Notes: a model not told the origin generated them from the sequence alone. 64,000 nucleotides of DNA from an uncultured Actinomycetes bacterium (GCA_963706025.1 CAVPLM010000010.1:1-64000), one strand, 5' to 3'; shown: positions 8,929-19,819, counted from the stretch's first letter. Numbers and translations: made by a program.

Positions 8929-10334
8929 ACGAGCGCCTGGAGTCCGTACCTTCGCCCCGTTCCGGCCAGACGCTCGTCATGACTCTGGCTGCGACCATCC
9001 GCACTGCCGCATACTACGACGCGGACAACGTGGTCATGCAGCAGGCCTGCGCCACCCTGGCTTCGATGCTGGCCGAGCACTGTGGAGAAGAAGGATCGGT
9101 CACCGTGGGCGCCCACAGTCACTGCGTCTTCGTGGGCAGATCCCGGGTGCGGACGACGGTCTCCACCTATGGGCGCTTCTCCTATCTCGTCCAGCTGTTT
9201 GAAGCCTGGGGCGCCAACACCTTGACCTTCGTCCAGGGAGTGACAGAGGAGGAGCTGCTGCAGGTAGCGCTTGTGCTTGCCCGCGAGCGGCCCACGGGGG
9301 TAGATGACCTGGCGGGGATGTTCGGTGCCCGGGGTGTCCACCGGGTGAAGGTAGACATGTTCGTGGGCGGCGCCGCGGCACAAGCTGTCGCTCCGATCGA
9401 GGCCTACGCCGCCGCCATGCAGATGAGTGATGATATGCGCGACGGGACTGATTCCAGCGAGCCCACCCACGTCCGGCGGCTCCGTCACGTGACCCAGGCG
9501 GTCGTCGATCAGATACTTCGCGATCCCAGCTCGTTGGTGGCTCTGACCACCATCAAGGACTTCGACCGCTATCTCATCTCGCACTCGACCAATGTGGCGG
9601 TGCTCTCCGTGCTGCTGGGTCAACGTCTTGGGCTGAGCAAGTCCAAGCTGGGAGAGCTCTGTCTCGCCGCTTTCCTCCACGATGCCGGCAAGCTGGAGGT
9701 GATACCGGACGTCCTTCACAAGCCGGGAACGCTCGATCTCAAAGAATGGGAGGAGATGCGCCGCCATCCCATTCTGGCAGCGTACGCTCTGTTGGGCAGC
9801 GGTCGCTTCACCCCTTCCACCATGCGGGCGGTGGTGGTCGCATTCGAGCACCATCTCAGACACGACATGAGCGGCTACCCGCCCCTGGTCACGGGTCTCA
9901 AAGAAGAAGTGAGCCTCTTCGGGAGCATCGTTTCGGTCGTCGACTCCTACGATGCTCTGACCACCGCCCGCGTGTACCGAGATTACAATTTCACTCCCCA
10001 CGAGGCCCTCGGCTACCTCCTAGAAAACCGGGGGACTCTCTTCCGTCCGACCCTGGTCAAGTTGTTCGTGGAGATCATGGGTCTGTACCCCCCCGGGACT
10101 CTGGTGGAACTCACCAGTGGCGACCTCGGCGTGGTGTGCGCGGCTCCCGCACTGGGAACTGCACTGGACCGGCCGAAGGTCCGTCTGGTGGTCGGCGAGG
10201 AACCCGGATCGGTGCTCGACCTGGACGAGCGGATGGGAGGCAAGTTCGTACTGAGCGTCAAGCAGGTGTTGAACCCGGCCAACAGAGGCCAGGTCCCTGC
10301 CGTAGACCTCTCCATGTTCGAGCCGGCGAACTAG
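8925..10334 (+). CDS. HD-GYP domain phosphodiesterase
   Basis: HSTNVA, LHDAGK, KPG.L...EW..MRRHP, EHH....SGYP, DSYDALT..RVYR; ATGA overlap with upstream gene. Confidence 0.9.
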   Translation: MNERLESVPSPRSGQTLVMTLAATIRTAAYYDADNVVMQQACATLASMLAEHCGEEGSVTVGAHSHCVFVGRSRVRTTVSTYGRFSYLVQLFEAWGANTLTFVQGVTEEELLQVALVLARERPTGVDDLAGMFGARGVHRVKVDMFVGGAAAQAVAPIEAYAAAMQMSDDMRDGTDSSEPTHVRRLRHVTQAVVDQILRDPSSLVALTTIKDFDRYLISHSTNVAVLSVLLGQRLGLSKSKLGELCLAAFLHDAGKLEVIPDVLHKPGTLDLKEWEEMRRHPILAAYALLGSGRFTPSTMRAVVVAFEHHLRHDMSGYPPLVTGLKEEVSLFGSIVSVVDSYDALTTARVYRDYNFTPHEALGYLLENRGTLFRPTLVKLFVEIMGLYPPGTLVELTSGDLGVVCAAPALGTALDRPKVRLVVGEEPGSVLDLDERMGGKFVLSVKQVLNPANRGQVPAVDLSMFEPAN

Positions 10335-10435
10335 GCGACCGTTCGCCTCACCCGCGCCCATCGATCGGCGCGCGTCGATCAGTACCCGTCGCCGTTCTCG
10401 TCGCTCAAGAAGCGACGGCCGTCACCGGCCGCGGC

Positions 10436-10939
10436 TCAGGAACTGCCGGCCAGCCGCTCGGCCGCCTTTCTCTCCACGTCCTGGCTCAAGGTATTGGGGT
10501 CGCCCTGGCGGAGCGCCTTGGTGGGGCAGACACGCACGCAGGCCGGTTCCATACCGTTCTCGAGCCTGATACTGCACAGGTCGCACTTCTGCATGGTCCC
10601 GTCCTTGCCGAAGCGGGGCACCCCGAAGGGGCAGGCGATGGAGCAGCTGTGACAGCCGATACACAGCTCGGCGTTGACCTTCACCACCCGGGTGCCCGCC
10701 TCTCTGGCGATGGCGCCCGTGGGGCAGGCCATGAGACAAGGGGCATCTTCGCAGTGCATGCAGGCGAGAGAGATGTAGCGCAGCCGGGCTTCGGCGCCCG
10801 CTCCCGTCTCGACCGTGAACACCTGGCGCCAGGCAGTGGGCTCGGGACCGACCTCCAGATCGTTCTGATCCATGCAGGCCACGGCGCAGGCGAAGCAGCC
10901 GGTGCAGCGGTCGACATCGAGATAGAAGGCGTGGCTCAC
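10436..10939 (-). CDS. 4Fe-4S dicluster electron-transfer subunit (DmsB-like)
   Basis: CTGCFAC..AC, CMHCEDAPC...CP, CIGC.SC..ACPF, KCDLC..R...PACV..CP. Confidence 0.92.
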   Translation of the reverse strand: MSHAFYLDVDRCTGCFACAVACMDQNDLEVGPEPTAWRQVFTVETGAGAEARLRYISLACMHCEDAPCLMACPTGAIAREAGTRVVKVNAELCIGCHSCSIACPFGVPRFGKDGTMQKCDLCSIRLENGMEPACVRVCPTKALRQGDPNTLSQDVERKAAERLAGSS

Positions 10940-13157
10940 CGCGTCACCTCCTGCGCGCCCGAGGGCTTGGGCGCCACCTTCTTGACCGCGCAGAGCGATG
11001 CCTTGAAGCCGGGGAAGCCGGAGATCGGATCCAGGTAGTCACCGGCGAGCAAGGTGTTCGCGTCGGCCTCCGGGTAGTCGTGGAACATGTGCGCGACTCC
11101 GGACCGGGCGAGCTCGGTGACGTTGGCGCGCACCTGGATCGACCCTTGCGGCGTGGACAACTCGACGAGGTCACCCTGGGCGATGCCGTAGCGGGCGGCG
11201 TCGGCCGGATTGAGGTCGACGGCCGGGTCCCGGCGCAGGCTGCGGGTCCAGGGCAGCCGGAAGGTGCGGGAGTGGATGAACATGGGCAGCCGCGTCCCGG
11301 TGCCCAGCACCAGCGGGTAGTCGGCGGCGACGTCGGGCGTCGAGACCGGGCTGAGCTTCGGCTCGTTGTAGACCGGGAGACCATCGATGCCGGGACGATC
11401 GGAGTACTTCTCGAGGATCGAGGAGACGAACTCCATCTTGCCGCTCGGAGTGGGGAAGCCGTTCTTCTCGTACTTATTGTAGGTCACCGGCAGGGGGTTC
11501 GGCACCGGCATGCCGCCGGGATGCTCTTTGAGATCGGCCATCTTCATGCCGCTGGGCTCGAGGATCCAATCCATGGCTGCATCGAAGGCGGCGCCGAAGT
11601 CCGGGGCGCCGTTGGGCAGGAAGCCGCCAAGATCCTCCGAGGAGGTCTCGTCGTATCTTCTGGTAATCCAGTCCCAGCTTCTGAGCCAGACCAAAAATGA
11701 TGTCGGTGTCGGAGCGGGACTCACCCAGCGGCTCGATCGCGGGCTGGGTGCAGATCACGTATTTCTGCGGATAGCCACGCACCTCGCTCCGCTCCACCGA
11801 CCCGCAGGCCGGCAGGACGATGTCGGCGTACTTGGTGGTGTCGGTGGTGAACAGGTCGACCGCGCAGATGAAATCCAGGGTCTGGACGGCTTCCAGCCAT
11901 GCCTTCGAGGCGGGGAACATCCTGTAGTTCATCCCGAAACCCACCAGAGCGCGGAGCGGATAAGGGTCACCCGTGGTTATCTGCCGGGGCATGTCCATGG
12001 CCTGACCCTGATCGATCATCTCGGTCCACACGGGGAACCGGTCCGCTCCCAGACGGGGAGGCATGTCGCTCCACTTGCGCGGCATCTTGAACTGGTAGTC
12101 GCGTGTGGCGAAGCCCGCGCCGCCGACCTCGAGCCAGCTGGGCGGCTGGGAGACGTTGCCCCCGGGGATGTCGAAGTTGCCGGTGAGACCCGACGAGCGC
12201 CGCCGCCGCCCGTTGGTTCTGCACCCCGTTGGTGTGATGGACGACCGGGGTGGAACTGGGCATCATCGCGGCCGGCTTGCTGGTGGCGTAGAGCAGGGCC
12301 GCTTCGCGGATCTGGGCCTCGGGCACACCGGTGATCTGCTCGGCCCGATCGAGGGGGAACTCGGCGGCGTACGATCGATATTCGTCGAAGCCGCGGGTCC
12401 ACTCAGAGACGAACTCTCTGTCGTAGAGCCCCTCGCTGATGATCACGTTGGCCATGGCCAAAGCCAGGGCGCCGTCGGTACCGGGCCGCAGCTTAAGGTG
12501 CAGGTCGGCGATGGCGGCGATGGGCGAGTTCCGGGGGTCGACGACGATGAACTTCACCCCCCGGTCACGAGCGTCCATCAACCGGCGCGCGACAGGGGTG
12601 TTGGCATAGAAGGGGTTACCGGTCCACACCAGCATGCACTTGGTGTGGGCCATGTCCGGTCCTGCCATCTGCCCATAGTCTAGCCGCCAAGCCATGGCCA
12701 TGGCGGTGAAGCAGGTGCTCGACTCGGTGCAGTAGTTCGGGGATCCGAACTGGAAGGCCAGCCGCTGCAGAAACGGTCGGAGCTGCTTGGGGTAGCCGCA
12801 GTAGAAGATCACCGACTCGGGGCCGCTCTCGGCTTTCAGGCGCTGGAGGTTCTCGGCCACGGTATCGAGGGCCTCCGTCCACGAGATGGGCACCATCTCG
12901 CCCGAACCCCGCGGTCCCACCCGTTTGAGAGGGGTGCGCAGACGGTCTTCATGGTAGACCCACTGGCGCTGGGCCGCGCCCTTGGAGCACAAGGTGCCCG
13001 CGCTGTGGGGGTTCTCCAGAGATCCCTCTACCTTGATGATGCGGCCGTCCTTGACGTAGCAGTCGAGGCCACACTGGGTGGTGGGGTCGCAGATGGTACA
13101 CACCGATTTCCGCACCTCGATCCCGGTGGCTTCGCCCGGGATCTTGCCTTTGGTCAT
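10936..13157 (-). CDS. DMSO-reductase-family molybdopterin oxidoreductase catalytic subunit (frameshifts near 12195 and 11660)
   Basis: N-terminal CTIC....QC..C cluster, RL.TPL.R.G.RGSG, VDPR, PGTDGALAL, T..YADIVLP, TPSGK.EF, molybdopterin dinucleotide-binding C-terminus. Confidence 0.88.
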
Positions 13158-14530
13158 CCGTTGAAGCTTATCCACGTCGCCTCCGTCTCGCTTACTGCAC
13201 CGGTGGCCGCCCTCAGTAGAGCCTGCTTCGTGGCCCCCGCAGAGAGGCAGCAATCCAAGAGATTGACACCTGCCAGACGCTCGTCCTGCCAAACCCGCAC
13301 CTGAAACGCGTCACCTTCAGCGCAGGCGGCCATCCTGTCGTAGTCCTTCAGGCAGCCGATACTGGCAAAGAGCATCTTGCCCACATGGGTGATGTTGTGA
13401 GGCACGCTCCCCCGATAGTCGGACGGCGCGCCGGCGAGACTGCGTCCCGCGGCGCGCCCCTGATAGCGGGCGCTCGACCACAGGCCGATTATCTCATGCC
13501 GCCCCGATAGGAGGTTCTTGCCCTGGGCCACGTCGCCGGCGGCATAGAGGGTGGCGATGTTCGAGCGCATCTGTTCGTCCACGAGGATCCCGTCGCCCAC
13601 GTCCACCTGCCCCGGGGTGAGGAAGCTCAAGGCGGGGCGCGAACCGGTGCAGACCACCACCAGATCCACGTCCTCCTGGGTGGGAGATTCCTCGCAGGCG
13701 GTCCCGCCGGCTCCGCCCGGGTCGGCCGCGCCGGGAAGGGCGCCGAAGTCGAGCCTGACCGTGCCGCCACTGTCGGTCTGTACACGTGCCAGGGCGGCCC
13801 CCAGCCGCAACTCATAGCCTTCCTCGAGCAAGTGGGTCTCCATGAGGCGGGCGCAGTCCGGGTGGGCCGATAGGGGCAGGATGTGCGGCTCGCGCTCGAT
13901 CAGACAGACCCGCATGCCCATCTCGTGAAGCACGGCCGCGACCTTGACCCCGGCGAACGACGCTCCGATGACCGCCGCTCGGGGAGCTTTCTCGCCACCC
14001 GATCCCGCGACTCGCCCGTTCGCGCGCTGCCCGTTCGGGCGCCGCCTGCCCAGGTCCCGCCGGTCACTTGTGGGCAGCGCCTCCACCGCTCGTTTGAGAG
14101 CCAGGGCGTCATCGAGGGTCTGGATGGTGAAGACCCGCCGGTCTTCGTTCTGCGCCAGGGCCTCCCTCAGCCCCAGGATGGGAGGCACTGAAGGCCGGGC
14201 GCCGCTGGCCACCAAGCAGCGATCGTACCGATATTCGGAGCCGCCCTTGGTGGTAAGGATTTGCTCGACCGCGTCGAGCCTGACCACGGCTTGGCCCAGG
14301 TGGGCGTCGACCCGATTGGCTCCGTAGAAGCCGCGCTCGTCGCCGAACGGAAACGCCTGTTCCAGCGTGATGGCTCCAGATACCAGGTAGGTCCCGAGCA
14401 TCGGGTTATAGGGAGGGTGCTCGGTGTCGGCGAACAGGTGGATGCCACCCTCGTAGCCGTTCGCCCGTAGAGCCAACACTGACTCCGCGGCCGCGGCTCC
14501 ATTCCCCACAATGGCCAGCTGGATCTTCAG
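13154..14530 (-). CDS. FAD/NAD(P)-dependent oxidoreductase (Pyr_redox_2)
   Basis: AIVGNGAAA, LVASGARP, VIGASFAG, GILVDEQMRSN..LYAAGDVA; start uncertain (possibly CTG at 14530). Confidence 0.85.
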   Translation of the reverse strand: MKIQLAIVGNGAAAAESVLALRANGYEGGIHLFADTEHPPYNPMLGTYLVSGAITLEQAFPFGDERGFYGANRVDAHLGQAVVRLDAVEQILTTKGGSEYRYDRCLVASGARPSVPPILGLREALAQNEDRRVFTIQTLDDALALKRAVEALPTSDRRDLGRRRPNGQRANGRVAGSGGEKAPRAAVIGASFAGVKVAAVLHEMGMRVCLIEREPHILPLSAHPDCARLMETHLLEEGYELRLGAALARVQTDSGGTVRLDFGALPGAADPGGAGGTACEESPTQEDVDLVVVCTGSRPALSFLTPGQVDVGDGILVDEQMRSNIATLYAAGDVAQGKNLLSGRHEIIGLWSSARYQGRAAGRSLAGAPSDYRGSVPHNITHVGKMLFASIGCLKDYDRMAACAEGDAFQVRVWQDERLAGVNLLDCCLSAGATKQALLRAATGAVSETEATWISFNG

Positions 14531-14910
14531 CGCTTCCCGCCTTTCTTCTTCCCCACCAGAGCCGACATGAGGAGGGAGACCACACTGATGACAAGGGCAC
14601 CTAGGAACGCGTTCCAGAAACCGTCAACGTGGAAGTTGAGCTCGAGCCACTCAGTCGCGATCCAAGAAGCCAGCCAGAGCATGAGGGCATTGATGACCAG
14701 AGTGAAGAGGCCCAGGGTGAGGGCGATCAGCCCGCAACTGAGGGCAGAGACTACGGGGCGGATGAGCGCGTTGACGAGACCGAGGACCAGAGCCACCAGC
14801 ACGACCGCCCATATCCGGTGGGGCTCCTCCACGTAGATACCGGGGATGATCCATGCGGCCACGGCCACCGAAACCGCCGTGATCCCCCAGCGGATGAGAA
14901 ATCTGGTCAA
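14527..14910 (-). CDS. 4-TM 'phage holin family'/YvlD-like membrane protein
   Basis: LVNALIRP, LTLGLF.LVINALML, GFW.AFLGALVIS; TTG start. Confidence 0.85.
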   Translation of the reverse strand: MTRFLIRWGITAVSVAVAAWIIPGIYVEEPHRIWAVVLVALVLGLVNALIRPVVSALSCGLIALTLGLFTLVINALMLWLASWIATEWLELNFHVDGFWNAFLGALVISVVSLLMSALVGKKKGGKR

Positions 14911-14950
14911 TTCGTGCCTTTCGCGCTCGGGTCGCCCGCAGGTCGCCGCA

Positions 14951-14983
14951 GGTCGGTCGCTGGTCGGTCGCTGGTCGGTCGCT
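14951..14983. repeat. 11-bp tandem repeat ggtcggtcgct x3
   Basis: Three perfect copies abutting a minus-strand TAGAAT -10-like hexamer (14984-14989). Confidence 0.85.
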
Positions 14984-15120
14984 ATTCTACCCTGGGGGCG
15001 CTTGCCCATGCGCGTCCCGTTGGGCCGTCTCCTCGGGTCTGCTTTTTGGGTAGTATGGCGGACAAGTCAATCGATACGGCCCGATACCCGCCGGCCGGGA
15101 GAACGGGAGCACAGGGAGAC

Positions 15121-16377
15121 ATGGCTGACGACATGGCTGGGCCCGGCGAGGTGGCCGCAGGCCAGTACATGGTGACCACTCGCCGGGGCGCGGATGTCCT
15201 GGCCGTTTCGCTTATGTTCGTCTTCATCACCGGTGCGGTGACCCTGTCGGTCATGCCGGTGATCACCAACGAGCTACGCACCAGTATCGGTCTCACCGAT
15301 GCCCAGATAGGGCTCCTCACCTCGGTCTTCATGGGCTTCTACGGGGTGTCGGGGATCTCGTCGGGGATCGGAGCCGCCCGCTGGGGCGGGCGGCTCCTCA
15401 TCGTCAGCTGCGGGTGCTTCGTGGTCGGTTCCCTCATCTTCGCGTTCAGTTCGGGCATGGGCGGTTTCCTGGTCGGCCGAGCCATCCAGGGGATCGGCGG
15501 GGGTATGGTCATCGCCACCTGCAGCCCGGTCTTGGCCCACTCTCTGCCTCCGGAGAGACTGGGGCGGGCCTGGGGCATTCTCGGTTCGGGTTGGGGACTG
15601 GGGACGATGGCCGCCCTGCTTATCATGCCCAGCATCCAGAGTGCCGGCGGATACCAGGCGGTGTTTCTCGCCAACGCGGCTCTCGGGCTGGCGGTGGGGG
15701 TGGCGGCTACGGCCCAGAAAGCGGTCCGGTCTTTGCCCCGTCACCCTGAGGGGGCGACCACTCTTCGTGGGTTGGCTACCTCGCTCCGGGCGTGCATCAG
15801 CAACCCCAGGGTGCTGCTACTCGGGCTGACCAACGTGGCCGCTCTGGCCGTCGGCGTGGGTATCCTCGCCTGGACCCCCAGTTTCTTGCAGGATGTGCAC
15901 GGATCGGCGGAGACTATCTCGGTGTACCTGGTCGCGGGCCTGGGAGCCGCCCAGTTGGTGGGCAACCCTCTGGGGGCGGTTGCCGCTCACCGGTGGGGCA
16001 AGTTCGGAGTCATCTTCTGGTCTCTGATCGTTATGACGGTCGGGACGGTGTTGGTAGCCCTTGTACCCGGGGTTCCCCTCATCTTTGTGATGGTGCTGGT
16101 CGTGGGATGCTTCAGCATGTTGTTCTTCCCTCCCATGATGAGCTATATGCCGGAAGTGGTCGCCAGACCTGAGCAGGTGGGACCGGCGACCGGCATCAAC
16201 ACGGCGATGGGCTTCGTCGGTTCTCTTATCGCTCCGTGGCTCTTCGGGCTGTTCCTCGATGCCGGTAACCAGTCCGACAGCTCGTATATGGCCGGCTACC
16301 TGATGCTGGCCGCCTTCGGGGTGGCTGCGATCATCGGCATGGTCTTCTTCAGGAGGTTGACAACACGCACGCCCTAG
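15121..16377 (+). CDS. MFS transporter
   Basis: About 12 TM helices, GRAIQGIGGG, ERLGRAWG motifs. Confidence 0.88.
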   Translation: MADDMAGPGEVAAGQYMVTTRRGADVLAVSLMFVFITGAVTLSVMPVITNELRTSIGLTDAQIGLLTSVFMGFYGVSGISSGIGAARWGGRLLIVSCGCFVVGSLIFAFSSGMGGFLVGRAIQGIGGGMVIATCSPVLAHSLPPERLGRAWGILGSGWGLGTMAALLIMPSIQSAGGYQAVFLANAALGLAVGVAATAQKAVRSLPRHPEGATTLRGLATSLRACISNPRVLLLGLTNVAALAVGVGILAWTPSFLQDVHGSAETISVYLVAGLGAAQLVGNPLGAVAAHRWGKFGVIFWSLIVMTVGTVLVALVPGVPLIFVMVLVVGCFSMLFFPPMMSYMPEVVARPEQVGPATGINTAMGFVGSLIAPWLFGLFLDAGNQSDSSYMAGYLMLAAFGVAAIIGMVFFRRLTTRTP

Positions 16378-16408
16378 CGAAGGAATCAGGGCGCACTGGG
16401 CAGCGTCC

Positions 16409-17311
16409 TCAGGTCTCCGCAGGGTTCTCCGCCGGTCCTATCAGCCGATAACGCGCCACGCTCGGAGGCTCCAACGACTCCCAGCGCCCTGACGCGCCCA
16501 TAAGTCGCGCCCCCACCTCGAAATGGAGCATGGCGATCCCGCAATCGAGACGGCGAGGGACGTTGCCCTCGGGTCCTTTGGTCACCGCGGATAGGGTCAC
16601 GGCCCCAGCGGGCAGGAGGTCTTCGGCGGGCAGGCCGGACGCAGTAGCCGCCCTATCGAGCTCAAACCGCCAGGGCTGTCGGTTGACCGCCGAGGGAGCC
16701 ACCCGGGCCAGACGCACCCCTTCCGCCGCCCAGGCGGGCCACGACTCCTCATCGAACTCGGGGGCTATGACCTCCACCGGCTTTCGCCTGTGGGCCCCCA
16801 CCATTCGCTTCATCAGCCGTTCGCCTGCGCGAGGACGCGGTTCCGCGTAGCCAAGAGGCGAGATGGAGAGGACCCTCTCCCCGGGCGCGAGCGGCACCAG
16901 GGTGGAAGCCACGGCCCGATCGAAGAAGCCCGCGATCCAACACGTGCCCAGTCCCAGCGAGGTGGCTTCCAGGATCACGGCCTCCCCCAGATAGCCTGCA
17001 CTCTCCTGGAACGTGGGCGCGGTCTCGGTGCCTATCATGAGCAGCGCCGAAGGCGATCCGATGACCCGGCCGTAACTGCCCACGAAACCGGTGAAGACGA
17101 TGTCGGGCACGTCGCGGACCAAGACCACTCGGGCGACCTCAGGAGCGGGAAGACCCTCGCACAGCAACTCCAACCGCTGGAGCGTTGGCGCGTCGACTGC
17201 TTTGCCGTTGAAGGTGCGGGCCGAGTGGCGAACCACGATAGCCGCCGCCCATTCGGCCGCCGGCACGTGCCCAAGAGCCACAGGCAGAACCTGGGCCGAC
17301 GACTTGATCAT
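16409..17311 (-). CDS. Nitroreductase family protein
   Basis: RHSARTF, GY.GE..IL.ATSLGLGTCW, APSAVNRQPW, LDCGIAM.HF; TAATG overlap with upstream gene. Confidence 0.88.
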   Translation of the reverse strand: MIKSSAQVLPVALGHVPAAEWAAAIVVRHSARTFNGKAVDAPTLQRLELLCEGLPAPEVARVVLVRDVPDIVFTGFVGSYGRVIGSPSALLMIGTETAPTFQESAGYLGEAVILEATSLGLGTCWIAGFFDRAVASTLVPLAPGERVLSISPLGYAEPRPRAGERLMKRMVGAHRRKPVEVIAPEFDEESWPAWAAEGVRLARVAPSAVNRQPWRFELDRAATASGLPAEDLLPAGAVTLSAVTKGPEGNVPRRLDCGIAMLHFEVGARLMGASGRWESLEPPSVARYRLIGPAENPAET

Positions 17312-17895
17312 TATGAGTCGGATTCCTCCGCGGTCTTCAGCATGGCCTTGCCGATACTCCACGCCTCTCCCACGGGCTCGCCGAGCGCCCAGTAGGTGTT
17401 GCCGGGCATGGTGAGGACGAAGGGACGCAGCTTGACGGGGTCTATCTTGCCGTCTGTCAGCACGGCCTCGCTGGCATAGACGTTGGCCACCTCACCGATG
17501 AAGAAGAAATCCTTGGGCAGGTCCACTTTCTGGATGAGACGGCACTCCAGGGTCACGGGACACTGGCGCACCATGGGGGCGGACTCCAAGGCCCCGCGGA
17601 AGATGTCCACATGGGCCGCTTTGTCTTCCTCGTAGCCGTGAACCAGACCGAGGTAGTCGGCCAGGATCACCTGGTCGACTGAGGGAAAGCTGACGCTGAA
17701 CTCGCCTGTCTGCTCGATCCCCTTGGCGGTGTGCTGTTTGCGACCCAGCGAGAGGCCCAACAGAGGTGGATCGGAGTTGAGCTTGGTGACCCAGGCGGCG
17801 GTCATGAAATTGGGCTTACCGTCGGTGACCGTGCCCACGATGACCACGGGCATGGGGAAGATATTGAAGCTCTTGCCGATGTTCTTTCTGGCCAT
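17311..17895 (-). CDS. Flavin reductase family protein (flavoredoxin-like)
   Basis: PMPVVIVGT...GKPNFMT.AW, GEFSV, APM..CP..LEC, YW.LGE.VG.AWSIG. Confidence 0.9.
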   Translation of the reverse strand: MARKNIGKSFNIFPMPVVIVGTVTDGKPNFMTAAWVTKLNSDPPLLGLSLGRKQHTAKGIEQTGEFSVSFPSVDQVILADYLGLVHGYEEDKAAHVDIFRGALESAPMVRQCPVTLECRLIQKVDLPKDFFFIGEVANVYASEAVLTDGKIDPVKLRPFVLTMPGNTYWALGEPVGEAWSIGKAMLKTAEESDS

Positions 17896-17992
17896 GCGTC
17901 CTCCCGGGATTGGATCTGAGACCCCACGAAACGTGGATCGCCGACTAGATTCCCATCCTGGCGGGAAACGACACCTGATGGCTGGAAGCTGG

Positions 17993-19654
17993 CTACTCAG
18001 GCTGTTCAGAAGGCAGTACGGCCGTTCCTGGTTGTGTGGACCCGGCCGCAGCGATTGATGGATCGGCCTTCGTCTGGGCATTCGCCCGGGCCTTCGCCCG
18101 GGTCTCCGCCTGGGCCTCCGCGTGGCGGGCCAACTGTGCTTCCGGCGAGGTGCCCCGGATCATCACCGCGCTCACCACGGCTCCGGCGAGCACCACCAGG
18201 CCTGCTACCCAGAGGGCCACATGGAGACCGGAGGTGAAGGACTCGCCGACGGCCGTCTGGATGGCAGCGACGTCCAGACCGGGTATGGAGGGGATCGTCG
18301 CGGACTTCCGTCCCTGCTGCGCGACCGCGACCACCTGGTCGACTATGAACGAAGGGAGACCGAGCGCTGCCAGCGCGCCCTGCAACTGCGAGGCGAAATG
18401 GCTGGTGACGATAGAGCCGAGGACGGCGATGCCGAACACCCCCCCTACCTGTCGGGTGGTGTTCAAGGTGGCCGACGCCATCCCAGCTCGAGCTGCAGGT
18501 ACCGTGCTCATTACGGCAGTCGTCATTGGGCTCATGACCAGACCTATGCCGATCCCCATGACGGTGAGGATCCACCAGAACGAAGTGTACGGAGTGGTAG
18601 CCTGCACGCCGGTGAAGGCCAGGATCGCGCCGCCCATCATCGTCATCCCGATCGTCATGGGCAGCCGGGCCCCGACGCGGCCCACGATGCGCCCGGCGAT
18701 GATGGCGGAGACCATCACCGCCAGGGTCGCCGGCAGTTGGCGCACGCCGGCGCCGGTGGCCGAGTAACCCTGGACGTTCTGCATGAACAAGGCCAAGAAG
18801 AACAGCATGCCGAAGAGTCCGAAGCTCACCGCCAGACCGACCAGGTTGGAGCCCAGGAACGTCGTGTTCTTGAAGAACTTCAGCTGCAGCATGGGGCTCT
18901 TGGCGCGCGCTTCCCAGAGACCGAATGCCACCAGAGTCACCGCGGCCACCGCGAACAGAGTCACGATGACGGCCGACCGCCACCCGTAGTTGTTGGCCTC
19001 AATGAAGGCGAAGGTGAGCGCGCCCAATCCTACGATCCCCAAGATCTGGCCGGGTATGTCGAGACTGCGGCCCTCAGGGTTCTTGGACTCTCGCACCAGC
19101 CGGGCGGCTATGACCATGGCCACGACCCCGATGGGGACGTTCAGGTAGAAGATGCTCTGCCAGCCCCAAGCGTCCACCATGACCCCGCCCAACGCCGGTC
19201 CGACCGCCAGGGCGATACCCGACACCCCGGCCCAGATGCCGATGGCCTGCGCCCGCTCTTTTGGATCGCTGAAGGTGTTGGTGAGAATGGACAGGGTCGC
19301 CGGCATCATGGCTGCCGCGCCCAATCCCTGTATAGCTCGTCCGGCGATCAGTAGCTCTATCGAGGGGGAAAGGGCGCACAGAAGGGAGGCGGCGGTGAAG
19401 GTTATCAGGCCGCCGATGAACGCCCGTTTGCGGCCGTAGAGGTCTCCGAGGGTCCCCCCGGTCAACATGAAGGCGGCGAGGACCAAGGTGAAGGCATCCA
19501 CGATCCATTGCAGGCCGGTGAGACTCGAGCCCAGTTCGCGCTGGATAGTGGGGAGGGCCAGATTCACGACCGTGTTGTCCAGCATCACCATGAACAGGCC
19601 GAAACACGTGGCCCCGATGGTGAAGAGCTTGGTCCTGCGGTCTACCTCGAACAT
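17993..19654 (-). CDS. DHA2 (EmrB/QacA) MFS efflux permease
   Basis: MLDNTVVNLALP, GDLYGRKR, WQSIFYLNVPIG, 14 TM. Confidence 0.92.
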   Translation of the reverse strand: MFEVDRRTKLFTIGATCFGLFMVMLDNTVVNLALPTIQRELGSSLTGLQWIVDAFTLVLAAFMLTGGTLGDLYGRKRAFIGGLITFTAASLLCALSPSIELLIAGRAIQGLGAAAMMPATLSILTNTFSDPKERAQAIGIWAGVSGIALAVGPALGGVMVDAWGWQSIFYLNVPIGVVAMVIAARLVRESKNPEGRSLDIPGQILGIVGLGALTFAFIEANNYGWRSAVIVTLFAVAAVTLVAFGLWEARAKSPMLQLKFFKNTTFLGSNLVGLAVSFGLFGMLFFLALFMQNVQGYSATGAGVRQLPATLAVMVSAIIAGRIVGRVGARLPMTIGMTMMGGAILAFTGVQATTPYTSFWWILTVMGIGIGLVMSPMTTAVMSTVPAARAGMASATLNTTRQVGGVFGIAVLGSIVTSHFASQLQGALAALGLPSFIVDQVVAVAQQGRKSATIPSIPGLDVAAIQTAVGESFTSGLHVALWVAGLVVLAGAVVSAVMIRGTSPEAQLARHAEAQAETRAKARANAQTKADPSIAAAGSTQPGTAVLPSEQPE

Positions 19655-19819
19655 CGGGGAAGCTTAACATGGGGCGGGGCCGGGCAGACGCCGGTCGGGC
19701 CGCGGGCGCGCCCGCGGCGCTCCCGTCGTCGGAAGCTCGGAACTCCCGCGCCCAACGGTGCCCCGCTCGGCCCCGTTGGGGTGGGCCCCTCGGATTCCCC
19801 GGTCCCGGTCAGGGTCTGA

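Noticed and set aside
8445-10001. Long antisense ORFs (also 42281-43687, 55881-57485, 57833-59704, 63057-63917)
   Set aside because: Shadow frames of well-supported genes in high-GC DNA, with no recognisable motifs
14527-14910. Prophage implied by a 'phage holin family' protein
   Set aside because: This family is commonly chromosomal and no phage genes are nearby
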